From positions 32,001 through 96,000 of the forward strand of contig CAWFAD010000011.1 in assembly GCA_963813815.1 (NCBI GenBank): 64,000 nt of DNA, given 5' to 3'. Shown in pieces: positions 1 through 10,083 of this stretch (position 1 is the stretch's first letter; each line of letters begins with the position of its first letter). Under the pieces are notes generated by a model. That model was not told where the DNA came from, ran no database searches, and was given only the letters and a program-made list of their open reading frames with translations. The stretch comes from an uncultured bacterium (GTDB lineage: Bacteria > Krumholzibacteriota > Krumholzibacteriia > Krumholzibacteriales > Krumholzibacteriaceae). Made by a program: the position numbers and the translations under genes.

Positions 1-1
1 G

Positions 2-235
2 GTCGGCCGCGGCGGCTCGGAGGCGGGCGTGCGGGCCGAGCTGGCCCGCGAGATGAGCGTGGAGGCGGGCGAGGGGGCGGACGGGAAGGCTTCCCTTTCC
101 GCTCCCGAGACCGGGGCGCCGGCGGCGGACTCCGGGGAGAAGGCGCCGGCCGGGACTGAAGAAGCGCCGCCCCAGGGAGAATCGGCCGCGAGCATGGATC
201 AGTTCCGCGAGTGGCTCAAGAAACACGCCAAGTAG
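2..235 (+). CDS. 3' end of a hypothetical protein (truncated by window edge)
   Basis: Frame is open from the window start to TAG at 233-235; low-complexity acidic/Ala linker ending MDQFREWLKKHAK. Confidence 0.6.
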   Translation, partial: VGRGGSEAGVRAELAREMSVEAGEGADGKASLSAPETGAPAADSGEKAPAGTEEAPPQGESAASMDQFREWLKKHAK

Positions 236-289
236 GGGCGCCCCGCCCGCCCGGCGAAACTTCCGCTCCAGCGTCTTTTCCGCAGGAAT

Positions 290-305
290 CGGCCTAATCC
301 TTGCA
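290..305 (+). promoter_or_regulatory. possible sigma-54 (-24/-12) promoter upstream of pilT
   Basis: CGGCCTAATCCTTGCA = GG-N10-GC with TTGCA at -12; -24 box is imperfect. Confidence 0.3.
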
Positions 306-433
306 CAAAACTTCAGTCGGACGACTCCCGGCCGGCGGGCATGGGCCGGGATTCATAATGCATTGCAATATATAATGTTACGAAACCACCGCAAGGCGTG
401 CGTGGCGATCTGCAATCGGAAAGGTGCAGGGCG

Positions 434-1567
434 ATGAACATTAAGAAGATCCTCGAGGAAATGATCAACCAGGGCGCATCCGACCTCCATCTCAAGGCCG
501 GGCTTCCGCCGGTCGTCCGCGTCGACGGCAAGCTGAGGCACCTCTCGCTGGAGCGTCCCTCGCCGAAGGACCTCGAGGACGTCGCGAGCCAGATTCTCAC
601 CCCGTCGCAGAAGGACCGCTTCACGAAAACGCGCGAGGTCGATTTCGCGTTCGGCGTGGCGGGGCTCGCGCGCTTCCGCGCGAACTTCTACGTGCAGCGC
701 GGCTCGATCGCCATGGTGTTCCGTCACGTTCCGGTGAACATCAGGAACATCGACGAGCTGTCGCTCCCCGTGATCCTCAAGGAGCTCGCGCTGCGTCCGC
801 GCGGCCTCATCTTCGTCACAGGAACGGTCGGCAGCGGCAAGTCGACGACCCTCGCCGCGATCGTGAACGAGATCAATAAAACCGCCAACAAGAACATCAT
901 CACGGTCGAGGACCCGATCGAGTTTCTCCACCACGACGAAAAGAGCATCATCAACCAGCGCGAGATCGGCAGCGACACCACCTCGTTTCACGAGGCGCTC
1001 CGGCACATCCTGCGCCAGGATCCCGACGTGATCCTCGTCGGCGAGATCCGCGACGCGCTGACGATGGAGATCGCGCTTATGGCCGCCGACACCGGCCATC
1101 TCGTTCTCTCGACGCTCCACACGGTCGACGCCACGCAGACGATCAACCGCGTCATTTCGTTCTTTCCGCCCCACCAGCATCAGGAGATCCGCTATCTCCT
1201 CGCCGCGACCCTCCAGTCGGTCGTGGCCCAGCGCCTCATTCCGATCAAGGATACGAAGGGGCGCGTGCCTGCCGTGGAAGTAATGATTGTCACCTCGACG
1301 ATCCGCGAGTATATTATTGACCCTGAAAAGACGCCTCTCATCCAGCAGGCCATCCGCGAGGGCGTGACGGCGCACGGCATGCAGAGCTTCGATCAGTCTC
1401 TCATGAAGCTCATGACCGACGGCGTCATCACGATAGAAGAGGCGCTCAGAAACAGCTCCAATCCGCACGAGTTCAGCCTGCGGATGAAGGGTATCCAGGC
1501 CACGAGCGACAAGACGTGGGAGTCGTTCGAGGGCGCGGCGAAGGGGGACGGCACGAGCGGTCTCTAG
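434..1567 (+). CDS. pilT: type IV pilus retraction ATPase PilT/PilU family
   Basis: ASDLHL N-terminus, Walker A GTVGSGKST, TVEDPIE, LRQDPDVILVGEIRD, TGHLVLSTLHT. Confidence 0.9.
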   Translation: MNIKKILEEMINQGASDLHLKAGLPPVVRVDGKLRHLSLERPSPKDLEDVASQILTPSQKDRFTKTREVDFAFGVAGLARFRANFYVQRGSIAMVFRHVPVNIRNIDELSLPVILKELALRPRGLIFVTGTVGSGKSTTLAAIVNEINKTANKNIITVEDPIEFLHHDEKSIINQREIGSDTTSFHEALRHILRQDPDVILVGEIRDALTMEIALMAADTGHLVLSTLHTVDATQTINRVISFFPPHQHQEIRYLLAATLQSVVAQRLIPIKDTKGRVPAVEVMIVTSTIREYIIDPEKTPLIQQAIREGVTAHGMQSFDQSLMKLMTDGVITIEEALRNSSNPHEFSLRMKGIQATSDKTWESFEGAAKGDGTSGL

Positions 1568-1615
1568 AGTTCCCCTGAACGAGCATCTCCGCCATCCGCG
1601 CCGGGGGGACACGGC

Positions 1616-2329
1616 GTGAAGATCGGGTATTTCGCTTCCGTCGAACAGGTCGACCGCGAATCGCTCGCCGGCGCGTGCGTCGTCGTCATCGACGTGCTGC
1701 GCGCGTCGAGCACGATTCTGGCGGCGCTCGCGAGCGGCGCCGAGCGGATCATTCCCATCGCGGACGTCGCGACGGCCTGCCGGCTGGCACGCCCCGGCGA
1801 GCACAAGGCCAAGCTCCTCGCCGGCGAGCGCCACGGGACCGCCGTCGACGGGTTCGATCTCGGCAACTCGCCGCTCGAGTTTTCTCCGCAGCGCGTGCAG
1901 GGCAAGACGATCGTGTTCACGACGACGAACGGCACGCGCGCCCTGACCGCGGCGGTCAAGGCGGATCGCGTGATCGTGGCGGGTCTCACGAACGTTCACG
2001 CCGTCGCCGAGGCGGTTCGCGGGGAGAGCACGCTTGTCGTCATCTGCTGCGGCACCGAGGGCTCCGTTGCGGCGGAGGATCTCCTCTGCGGCGGATTGCT
2101 CCTCGAGCTCCTTGGCGATCTCGTGGACCGCGTGGCTCTGAACGACGCGGCGCGGATGTCGATGTTGTTGGCCGAGCGGTTCGGCGGGGAGGTCGAGAGC
2201 TTTCTCCGCGGCACCGATCACGGCCGCACGCTCGCCTCGCTCGGGTTCGCGGACGATATCGCCGCCTGCGCGGCGGTCGCGACGATCGATATCGTGCCCG
2301 AGTTCCGCGAGGGCGCGATCGCCCGCTAA
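1616..2329 (+). CDS. comB: 2-phosphosulfolactate phosphatase family protein
   Basis: VVIDVLRASST, GER, FDLGNSP, TTTNGT, EDLLCGG motifs. Confidence 0.88.
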   Translation: MKIGYFASVEQVDRESLAGACVVVIDVLRASSTILAALASGAERIIPIADVATACRLARPGEHKAKLLAGERHGTAVDGFDLGNSPLEFSPQRVQGKTIVFTTTNGTRALTAAVKADRVIVAGLTNVHAVAEAVRGESTLVVICCGTEGSVAAEDLLCGGLLLELLGDLVDRVALNDAARMSMLLAERFGGEVESFLRGTDHGRTLASLGFADDIAACAAVATIDIVPEFREGAIAR

Positions 2330-2370
2330 CGGGTTGGTGCCCCCGCCCGGGCGCGGCCGGAAGGATATTC

Positions 2371-3441
2371 ATGGAAATGCAGAGCGAGCCCGATCGCGGC
2401 GCGATCGCGAGGATCATCGACGCGAACGCCAACCGCGCCGCCGAGGGAGTGCGGGTGGTCGAGGAGATCGCGCGCTTCTCGCTCCGGGAGGAGACGCTCA
2501 CGGCGCGTCTCAAGGATCTCCGCCACGAGATTCGCGCCGCCGCGGGCGGAATCGCCGCGGGGGCGATCCGTCACCGCGACGCCGCCGCCGACGTGGGGAG
2601 GGAGAGCGCCACCGCCTCCGAGCTCTCGCGCGGATCGATCGGGGTCGTAGCGCGGGCGAACTTCTCGCGGGCGCAGGAGGCGCTCCGCGTTCTCGAGGAG
2701 TTCGGAAAGCTCGTCGACGAAGAGGCCTCGCGCCGTTTCAAGCGGATCCGCTTCGAGCTCTACTCGATCGAGCGGACCTTTCTCGGGGTCTCATCCGTCG
2801 CTTCCGCGCTGCCCGGCCGCCCCTTCCTCTATCCGATCCTCGACCGCTCACTCGTCGCCCCGCGCGACGTGCCGGCCGCCGCCGCGGCGCTCGTCGCGGG
2901 CGGCGCGGGGATCATCCAGTACCGCGCGAAGGGCGTCGATCGATCGGCGATGCGGCGCGACCTCGCGGGGATCATCGCCGCCGCCCGTCCCGCGGCCGTT
3001 CCGGTCGTCGTGAACGACGACGTGGAGCTCGCCGTCGAGACGGGGGCCGAGGGAGCGCACATCGGCGCGGCCGACATGGATCCCGCGGAAGCCCGCGCGA
3101 TCCTCGGCCCGCTCGCCATCCTCGGCGTCACCGTGATCGATCCCGACGATCTCGCCGGCGTGCCGGTGGAGAAGGTGAGCTACGTCGCCGTCGGCCCGGT
3201 TTTCGCCTCGCCGACGAAGCCGGAAGTCGCCCCGGTCGGTCTCGACGCCGTCAGGCGCGCGCGTCGGCGCGTCGGGACGGGGCTCGTCGCGATCGGGGGG
3301 ATCACGCCGTCGAACGCCGCCTCCGTCATCGCCGCGGGAGCGGACGGAATCGCCGTCGTATCGGCGCTTCTCTGCGGCGACATCAGGAAAAACTGCTTTA
3401 CCTTCCTCTCCGTCATTGGTACAAAAGGGGAATGCGGATAA
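2371..3441 (+). CDS. thiE: thiamine-phosphate synthase with N-terminal extension domain
   Basis: RIIDANANRAAEGVRVVEE N-terminal domain; QYRAK, VVNDD, GAHIG, GPVFASPTK, AIGGI motifs. Confidence 0.88.
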   Translation: MEMQSEPDRGAIARIIDANANRAAEGVRVVEEIARFSLREETLTARLKDLRHEIRAAAGGIAAGAIRHRDAAADVGRESATASELSRGSIGVVARANFSRAQEALRVLEEFGKLVDEEASRRFKRIRFELYSIERTFLGVSSVASALPGRPFLYPILDRSLVAPRDVPAAAAALVAGGAGIIQYRAKGVDRSAMRRDLAGIIAAARPAAVPVVVNDDVELAVETGAEGAHIGAADMDPAEARAILGPLAILGVTVIDPDDLAGVPVEKVSYVAVGPVFASPTKPEVAPVGLDAVRRARRRVGTGLVAIGGITPSNAASVIAAGADGIAVVSALLCGDIRKNCFTFLSVIGTKGECG

Positions 3442-5621
3442 CGAAGGGTGTTCTTCTCCTCATTCTCGGCGGCTTTCTGGCGGTCGCCCTCGCGTCGCAC
3501 CACGAGACGGACTGGGGAGAGTTCTGGCGGGTAGAGAATCTCTGCGGGCCCGCCGGCGCGGCGATCGCCGGCTCGCTCCGGATCCTCTTCGGCCCCGTCT
3601 TCGCGTGGTTCTGGCCGCTCCTCGTCGTTTTCTTCGCGGTTCTGGCCTTTAAGGACATTGACGCCCGCTCGCAGCTCCGGCGAGTCGTTTGCTCCGCCTT
3701 CCTGCTGACGGCCGCCGCCGCGACGGCGGCGACATTCAGCGGGAAGAGCGGTGGGGGAATCGTCGGAGCCAAGACGCTCGCCTTTCTCCGCCTCCTCGTC
3801 GGCCGCGTCGGTTCGGTGTTCGCGCTCTTCGCGGCGCTCCTTTTCTTCGCGTTCCTCCTCTTTCCGGGAAGCGTCGAGACTCTCCTCGGCGCCATGCGCC
3901 ATCTGCGCCTGCCGCGCATTGCGCTGCCCTCGGTGGCCGGAGGCGGGGGAAAGAAGGCGGAGCGTCGGAAGAAGGAGCAGGGCGCCGGCGTGCCCGAGAT
4001 CCCCGTGATCGTCGAGGGCGAGGGCGGAAGGAGGCCCCGGCGCCCGCGCGGGGAGCGCGCGGAGGAGCCGGTGGAGGAGGCGAGGCCCCCGAAGATCACC
4101 ATGGCTCCCGTCCCGCCGCCGCGCCGCGAGGCGCCCGCGGCGCCTCTCCTCGACGAGCTTCCGCCGCCGATATCGCCGGAATCGGGGGAGATTCCGCTTC
4201 CTGATCTCTCGCTCCTCGACGATCGCGAGTCGCGCGGCGTTTCCTACAGCAAGAACGATCTGCTGGCGCGATCCGAGATCATCGAGCGCAAGCTCCGCGA
4301 TTACGGACTCGACGGCAAGATACAGGAGGTCCGCCCGGGCCCCGTCGTCACGACCTTCGAGTTCGTTCCGGCGGCCGCCGTCAAGGTGAGCCAGATCGCG
4401 AGCCGCGCGGACGACATATCGCTCGCGCTCGCGGCGCGCTCGATCCGCATTCAAGCGCCGATTCCGGGGCGCGGCGCGGTCGGCATCGAAGTGCCGAATC
4501 CCGAGCCGAGCGTCGTCTCGCTCAAGGAGCTTCTCCAGCAGTACCCCGAGGGGAAGGACGGACTCGTCATCGCGCTCGGCAAAACGGTGACGGGCGAGTC
4601 GTATTTCACCGATCTCGCGGACATGCCGCACCTCCTCATCGCGGGGGCGACGGGAAGCGGGAAGAGCGTGTGCATCAACACGATCATCTGCAGCCTGCTG
4701 TTCCACCACACGCCCGCCACCTGCAAGTTCATACTCGTCGATCCGAAGAGGCTCGAGCTCATCTCGTACAACGATATTCCGCATCTGCTGCACCCCGTCA
4801 TCACCGAGGCGAAGACGGTGCTCAAGGTGCTCCAATGGCTCACGAACGAAATGGATCGCCGGTACAAGCTCCTCGCCTCGGTCGCCGTCAAGAACATTCA
4901 GGGTTTCAACCGCAAGGTGGCCGAGGAGGAGATCGTTTCGCCGCAGACGGGCGAGCGTCTCACGCGGCTGCCGTACTACGTGACGATCATCGACGAGCTC
5001 GCCGACATCATGGTTCTCATGGGAAACGAGATCTATCCGCCGATCACGAGGCTCTCGCAAATGGCCCGCGCGGTGGGGATCCACCTCGTCTTCGCCACGC
5101 AGCGACCCTCCGTCGACGTCGTCACGGGGCTCATCAAGGCGAACTTCCCCGCCCGCATCGCGTTTCAGGTCTCCTCCAAGACCGACTCGCGCACGATTCT
5201 CGACGCGAACGGCGGGGAGAAGCTCCTCGGCAACGGCGACATGCTCTACCTGCCCAAGAATCTGCCGAGCCCGGTTCGTCTCCAGGGCGCGTTCATCTCC
5301 GAGTCCGAGACGGAGCGCGTCGCGAGCTACTGGCGCACGCGCGCCCACGCCGAGGAGCAACTCGATCTCACCGAGGAGGCGGCGGCGTCGGCGCCGGACG
5401 ACGACGCGCCGATCGACGACGACCTGTACCAGAAGGCTCGCGGGCTCGTCATCATCCACCAGCAGGGCTCCATATCGCTCCTCCAGCGGCGCCTGCGCGT
5501 CGGGTACGCTCGGGCCGCCCGCCTCATCGACATGCTCGAGCAGGCGGGCGTCGTCGGCCCCTTCGAGGGGAGCAAGGCGCGTCGCGTTCTCGTCGGCCGC
5601 GAGGAATATGATGAACGCTGA
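3432..5621 (+). CDS. ftsK: DNA translocase FtsK
   Basis: N-terminal TM helices, MPHLLIAGATGSGKS, IIDELAD, ATQRPSVDV, C-terminal gamma domain LQRRLRVGYARAARLID. Confidence 0.95.
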   Translation: MRITKGVLLLILGGFLAVALASHHETDWGEFWRVENLCGPAGAAIAGSLRILFGPVFAWFWPLLVVFFAVLAFKDIDARSQLRRVVCSAFLLTAAAATAATFSGKSGGGIVGAKTLAFLRLLVGRVGSVFALFAALLFFAFLLFPGSVETLLGAMRHLRLPRIALPSVAGGGGKKAERRKKEQGAGVPEIPVIVEGEGGRRPRRPRGERAEEPVEEARPPKITMAPVPPPRREAPAAPLLDELPPPISPESGEIPLPDLSLLDDRESRGVSYSKNDLLARSEIIERKLRDYGLDGKIQEVRPGPVVTTFEFVPAAAVKVSQIASRADDISLALAARSIRIQAPIPGRGAVGIEVPNPEPSVVSLKELLQQYPEGKDGLVIALGKTVTGESYFTDLADMPHLLIAGATGSGKSVCINTIICSLLFHHTPATCKFILVDPKRLELISYNDIPHLLHPVITEAKTVLKVLQWLTNEMDRRYKLLASVAVKNIQGFNRKVAEEEIVSPQTGERLTRLPYYVTIIDELADIMVLMGNEIYPPITRLSQMARAVGIHLVFATQRPSVDVVTGLIKANFPARIAFQVSSKTDSRTILDANGGEKLLGNGDMLYLPKNLPSPVRLQGAFISESETERVASYWRTRAHAEEQLDLTEEAAASAPDDDAPIDDDLYQKARGLVIIHQQGSISLLQRRLRVGYARAARLIDMLEQAGVVGPFEGSKARRVLVGREEYDER

Positions 5622-6984
5622 TACGCCCCTTGATCGCACCTACCGGTTCATCAATCTCGGCTGCTCCAAGAATCTCGTCGACGCCGAGCGAGTTGCCTCG
5701 CTCCTCGAGAGCGACGGATGGCGCGAGACCCCCGCGGTCGAGGAAGCGTCGCTTCTCGTCCTCACGACCTGCGCCTTCATTGCGAGCGCGCGCGAGGAGT
5801 CGGTCGATGAAATCGTGCAGGCCGTGGCTTCGCGTCGGCCCGGGCAGCGCATCGCCGTCCTCGGCTGCCTCGTGACCCGCGAGGGGGCCGACACGCTGCG
5901 GCGTCTTCTCCCCGAAGTGGAGGTCTTCTGCGACGTCGCCGAGATGATGGAGCTTCCCTCGCGGCTCGCGGGCTCGACGGCGCCGCGTCCTCCGCGCTCG
6001 CCGGGAGAGGGCGGGGGCTGCCCGGTCATCACCGCCCCGCGCAAGCTCTTCACGTTGCCCCACCTCGCGTATCTCAAGGTGGCGGACGGCTGCTCGAACG
6101 GCTGCACCTACTGCACGATTCCCTCGATTCGGGGGCCGCTCGCGAGCCGGACGAGGCGGGAGGCGGTGGAGGAGGCGCGCGAGCTCGCCGGGATGGGCGT
6201 GCGCGAGCTCGTCGTCGTGGCGCAGGATACGACCGCGTGGGGCTTCGATCGCGGCGGAGACGAGCGGGTGTACGATCTCATCGAGGAGATCGCGGGCCTC
6301 GGCCGCTTCGACTGGATCCGGCTTCTCTACGCGCACCCGGCGCATATCGATCCCGCGCGGATCGTTCCGCTCATCAAGGGTGGCGCTCTCGTCCCCTATA
6401 TCGACATGCCGATTCAGCACGCCTCCGATCGCGTGCTCGAGCTCATGGGCCGCACGTACACGCGCCGCTCGCTCGAGAGCCTTCTCGATGCGCTCCGCTC
6501 GGGAGTCGGCGATCTCGTGCTCCGCACGACGGTTCTCGTCGGGTTTCCGGGCGAGCGGGAGAGCGATTTCCGCGAGCTCCTCTCGTTCATCGAGGAAGCG
6601 GCGTTCGACCACGTGGGAGTCTTCGCCTACTCGCGCGAAAGCGGGACTCGGGCGGCCTCGCTCGGAAACCGGGTGAGCGCGCGGGTGGCCGCGCAGCGGC
6701 GGGACGAAATTCTCGAGCTCCAGATGGAGATCTCGGAGGAACGCCTCGCCTCGCGCGTCGGCGCGGAGCTCGACGTTCTCGTCGACGAGGAGATTCCGGA
6801 CGAGGAGCGCCCGGAGGACGCGTTCACCCTCGCGGGGCGTTTCTACGGACAGACGCACGAGGTCGACGGAGTGACGTACATCGGCGGGGCGTCGTCGCGC
6901 CCGGGCGAGTTTGTCCGCGCCCGCGTCGTCAAGGCCGGGCCCTACGATCTCTTCGCGGAGGCGCTTCCGGGAGATTTCCGTTGA
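5608..6984 (+). CDS. rimO: ribosomal protein S12 methylthiotransferase RimO
   Basis: LGCSKNLVDAE, TCAFI, GCSNGCTYCTIP radical SAM motif, C-terminal TRAM-like EVDG. Confidence 0.92.
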   Translation: MMNADTPLDRTYRFINLGCSKNLVDAERVASLLESDGWRETPAVEEASLLVLTTCAFIASAREESVDEIVQAVASRRPGQRIAVLGCLVTREGADTLRRLLPEVEVFCDVAEMMELPSRLAGSTAPRPPRSPGEGGGCPVITAPRKLFTLPHLAYLKVADGCSNGCTYCTIPSIRGPLASRTRREAVEEARELAGMGVRELVVVAQDTTAWGFDRGGDERVYDLIEEIAGLGRFDWIRLLYAHPAHIDPARIVPLIKGGALVPYIDMPIQHASDRVLELMGRTYTRRSLESLLDALRSGVGDLVLRTTVLVGFPGERESDFRELLSFIEEAAFDHVGVFAYSRESGTRAASLGNRVSARVAAQRRDEILELQMEISEERLASRVGAELDVLVDEEIPDEERPEDAFTLAGRFYGQTHEVDGVTYIGGASSRPGEFVRARVVKAGPYDLFAEALPGDFR

Positions 6985-7116
6985 CATTTTACCGCAATTG
7001 CAGATGATTATTAGGGTTATCGTATTTTTCGAAGCGTTCGGCGCAAGCCGTATTCCCGACTGGTCTTAAGGCGCGGAGGTAACTTCTTGTATTCCTTCTC
7101 ACCAGAGAGGCCGTTC

Positions 7117-7776
7117 ATGAAGGTTCTCTCGCTGGCGCTGCTCTGCGCGCTCGTCGCGCTCGAGGCCGCGCCGGCCGTCGCGGGATCCTCCGGGGCGGCC
7201 GTCCCGACGAACTACGACGTGCTGCGGTCGATATCCGAGGAGGCGGCGCGAGGCATCGTCGCGGCCGTCGTTTCCGCGCCGCCGGAGAACATCGTCCGTC
7301 TCTCGAAGAACAAGGGAGCCGGCGATGCCGATTTTCTGCTGGAGAACGCCTTCATCGATCAGCTGCGGGAGGCCGGGATCAGGGCCGGTTTCGACGCGAA
7401 GCAGGATGCCGCCGCCGACACGGGTTCCTTCGTCCTCTCGTATCAGGTGATCCGCCTCGATATGCGGTACACGAGGATATCGAGGCGCTACTGGTTCGGG
7501 CCGAAGGAGGTCGCGCGGGAGGCCCGCGCGGACGTCGTGGCCCGGCTCATCGACCGCCGCACGGGGGACGTTCTCTGGATGCGCGAGGGAAGCGGCCGGT
7601 ACGAGGACGTCATATCGTATTCGCTCCTCAAGAGGGTCGAGGAGGAGCAGTACAAGTTCACGCAGCCGCCGCGAACGGAGTTCAAGATGTCGCGCATCAT
7701 AGAGCCCGTGATCGTGGCGGGGGTCGTGATCGGTCTCGTGGCGCTCTTTTTCTCCAACCAGAGCAGCAATGATTAA
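7117..7776 (+). CDS. hypothetical exported protein with C-terminal membrane anchor
   Basis: Signal peptide MKVLSLALLCALVALEAAPAVA; hydrophobic C-terminal segment; overlaps next ORF start. Confidence 0.7.
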   Translation: MKVLSLALLCALVALEAAPAVAGSSGAAVPTNYDVLRSISEEAARGIVAAVVSAPPENIVRLSKNKGAGDADFLLENAFIDQLREAGIRAGFDAKQDAAADTGSFVLSYQVIRLDMRYTRISRRYWFGPKEVAREARADVVARLIDRRTGDVLWMREGSGRYEDVISYSLLKRVEEEQYKFTQPPRTEFKMSRIIEPVIVAGVVIGLVALFFSNQSSND

Positions 7777-8719
7777 CGGAGCTTTCACAACGGCCGTCGG
7801 GCGCGCTTTCGCCCCCCGCGCGGCGCGGGCGGCGGTCGTGCTCCTGCTCCTCTCCGCGCTCGCCTCGTGCGGCGCCGATCCGGCGCTCGAGCGCGCGCAG
7901 CGCGAGTACGACGCGGGAAGGTACCGCGACGCGGCGGCCATCATCCGGCTCCATCTCAAGAAGGGGGGGGAGAAGACCCCCGAGATCCTGTTCCTCGCGG
8001 GTTCGGCGTGGCTGCGCGCGGGGAGCGAGGCCGAGGCGCAGAGCGCTTTCGACGAATGCCGGGCCGCCGATCCGTCCCGCGCGGGATCGATCGCCGATTT
8101 TCTGCGGGAGGAGGCTCTCGCCGCCCTCGGCGGCGGGGACGCCGCCCGCGGCAAGCGTCTCATGAGCCTCGCCGTCGGCTACCGGCCGGGCACCGATTTC
8201 GGGAAGCAAAACGTCGCAGCGGCCGAGATCTTTCTCGATCGCCGCGATTTCGCTCAGGCGATCACGTACCTCGAGCGGTTCGTGCGGGAGGAGCCCGACG
8301 ATCCGCGCGCCGCGGAGGCGTTCATCGACCTCGCCGCGGCGTATCAGAAAAACGGGCAGAGCGGTCGGGCCATCGAGGTCTACCGGACGTTTCAGGAGCG
8401 GTATCCGCGGAGCCGGCTCGCCTCCGACGCCGCATGGGAGCTCGAGGGCCTTCTCCTGCGCGAGGCGGAGGAGCGCGCCTCATCGGGCGGGGCCGCCGAG
8501 GCGGAGTCGATGCTCGTCGATCTCTCCGCGACGGCGACGAGCCCCATCGTGAAAGACCGGGGAAACTTCTTGCTCGGAGAGCTCTGCGAGGCGCGCGGCG
8601 ACGCGCGGGCCGCGGTGCGATACTATCGAGCCGTCGTCGACGCCGGAACGGGCGGGCGGCTCATCGACAAGGCAAAGGAGCGAATTGAAAAGCTGGAGAT
8701 ATCCACGCGGCGCCGCTAG
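7769..8719 (+). CDS. tetratricopeptide-repeat lipoprotein
   Basis: Lipobox LASC; helical TPR-like repeats (AITYLERFVREEPDDPRAAEA, YRTFQERYPRS). Confidence 0.75.
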   Translation: MINGAFTTAVGRAFAPRAARAAVVLLLLSALASCGADPALERAQREYDAGRYRDAAAIIRLHLKKGGEKTPEILFLAGSAWLRAGSEAEAQSAFDECRAADPSRAGSIADFLREEALAALGGGDAARGKRLMSLAVGYRPGTDFGKQNVAAAEIFLDRRDFAQAITYLERFVREEPDDPRAAEAFIDLAAAYQKNGQSGRAIEVYRTFQERYPRSRLASDAAWELEGLLLREAEERASSGGAAEAESMLVDLSATATSPIVKDRGNFLLGELCEARGDARAAVRYYRAVVDAGTGGRLIDKAKERIEKLEISTRRR

Positions 8720-9500
8720 GGTGCCACTCGTCGCGGCGCTCGCCGCGGCGTTGCTCGTCTCGTCGTGCGGCGGCCCGTATACGCCGAAGCGGATCAGCGT
8801 CGCGGGCGACAAGATCGCTCTCGCCGACCGGCTCTTCGATCGCGGCAAATTCGGCGACGCGGCGGTCGAGTACAAGGATTTTCTCGCGACCTTCGCCGGG
8901 GACGACAGAAGCGACTACGCGCAATTCCGCCTCGCCGAGTCGTACCGGCGCGACAAGCAGTACGCCCTCGCCGAGGTGGAGTGCCGGATCCTCATCAACG
9001 AGTTCGGATACAGCCAGTACGTGGACGACGCCTTCTATCTCGAGTCCGTGAGCGCCCTGCGGCAGGCGCCGCGCATCGAGCGGGATCAGAGCAAGGCGTA
9101 CGAGGCGCTCACGCGCCTGCAGCGATTTCTGGAGACCTTCCCCGCGAGCGATCGCACCGCCGAGGCGAAGGCGACGCTCGCCGAGATCCACGACCGGCTC
9201 GGGCACAAGGAGTTTCTCAACGCGCGCCTCTACATCTCGCGGAAGGCGCACGACGCGGCGCTCGTTTACATCGACAAGGTGATCGACGTGTATCCGGCGA
9301 CGACCTGGGCCGCGCGATGCCTCTACTACCGCGGACAGATCAAGGAGCTCCGGGGGGACGCGGCCGGAGCGGTGGACGACTACCGCGCCGTCGCGGCCTC
9401 GAAGGGGGACGTGCCCGAGCGGGCGGACGCGCGCGCGCGGCTTGAGGCCCTCGCGGCGCGGGCGGGGGGAGCAAAGCCGGATGACGGCGGCGCGAACTGA
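8685..9500 (+). CDS. bamD: outer membrane protein assembly factor BamD
   Basis: AAGGAG RBS before TTG, lipobox VSSC, TPRs, ERDQSKAYEA...FLETFPAS, KEFLNARLY. Confidence 0.85.
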   Translation: MKSWRYPRGAARVPLVAALAAALLVSSCGGPYTPKRISVAGDKIALADRLFDRGKFGDAAVEYKDFLATFAGDDRSDYAQFRLAESYRRDKQYALAEVECRILINEFGYSQYVDDAFYLESVSALRQAPRIERDQSKAYEALTRLQRFLETFPASDRTAEAKATLAEIHDRLGHKEFLNARLYISRKAHDAALVYIDKVIDVYPATTWAARCLYYRGQIKELRGDAAGAVDDYRAVAASKGDVPERADARARLEALAARAGGAKPDDGGAN

Positions 9501-10077
9501 GAAGATAGGTCTTTTCGGCGGCTCGTTCGATCCGATCCACACGGGGCACCTCATCTTCGCCGAGGCTGCGGTCAACGCCGCCGGCCTCGACCGCGTGCTC
9601 TTCATACCGACGGCGTCGCCTCCCCACAAGCCGTCCGGGGCCTTGAGCGATTTTGCGCTTCGAACCGAGATGGTGAGACTCGCGATCGCAGGCAACGCGC
9701 GCTTCGAGCTGAGCCTCGCCGAATCGTCTCCGGAGGTTTCCTTCACGTACCGGACGATAGCGTCGTTCGCGGAGCGGGGTTTCGGGAGGGGCGACGTTCA
9801 TCTTCTCGTCGGAAGCGACAGCCTCGGCGAGATGCTCGGCTGGAGGAACCCCGGCGAGATATTCTCGCGGGCGACGCTCGTCGTGCTCATGAGGCCGGGG
9901 CACGAGCGGCTTCCGGCGCTCCCGCCGGGGGCGGCCGTGATCTGCGTGACGGAGGGGATGAACGCCATCTCCTCGAGCGCGATACGCCGCCTGCGAGCCG
10001 AGGGGAAATCGATCCGGTACCTCGTCCCCGAGGCGGTCGAGCGATACATCGAGGAACGCTTCCTCTACCGCCCGTGA
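9481..10077 (+). CDS. nadD: nicotinate-nucleotide adenylyltransferase
   Basis: GGSFDPIHTGH, PPHK, LVGSDS, ISSSAIR. Confidence 0.93.
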   Translation: MTAARTEKIGLFGGSFDPIHTGHLIFAEAAVNAAGLDRVLFIPTASPPHKPSGALSDFALRTEMVRLAIAGNARFELSLAESSPEVSFTYRTIASFAERGFGRGDVHLLVGSDSLGEMLGWRNPGEIFSRATLVVLMRPGHERLPALPPGAAVICVTEGMNAISSSAIRRLRAEGKSIRYLVPEAVERYIEERFLYRP

Positions 10078-10083
10078 GGCGTC

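Noticed and set aside
353..2221. Long antisense and alternate-frame ORFs here and throughout (e.g. 9340-12804, 19656-21983, 27868-29649)
   Set aside because: Arg/Ala/Gly-rich shadows of real genes caused by high GC; no recognisable motifs.
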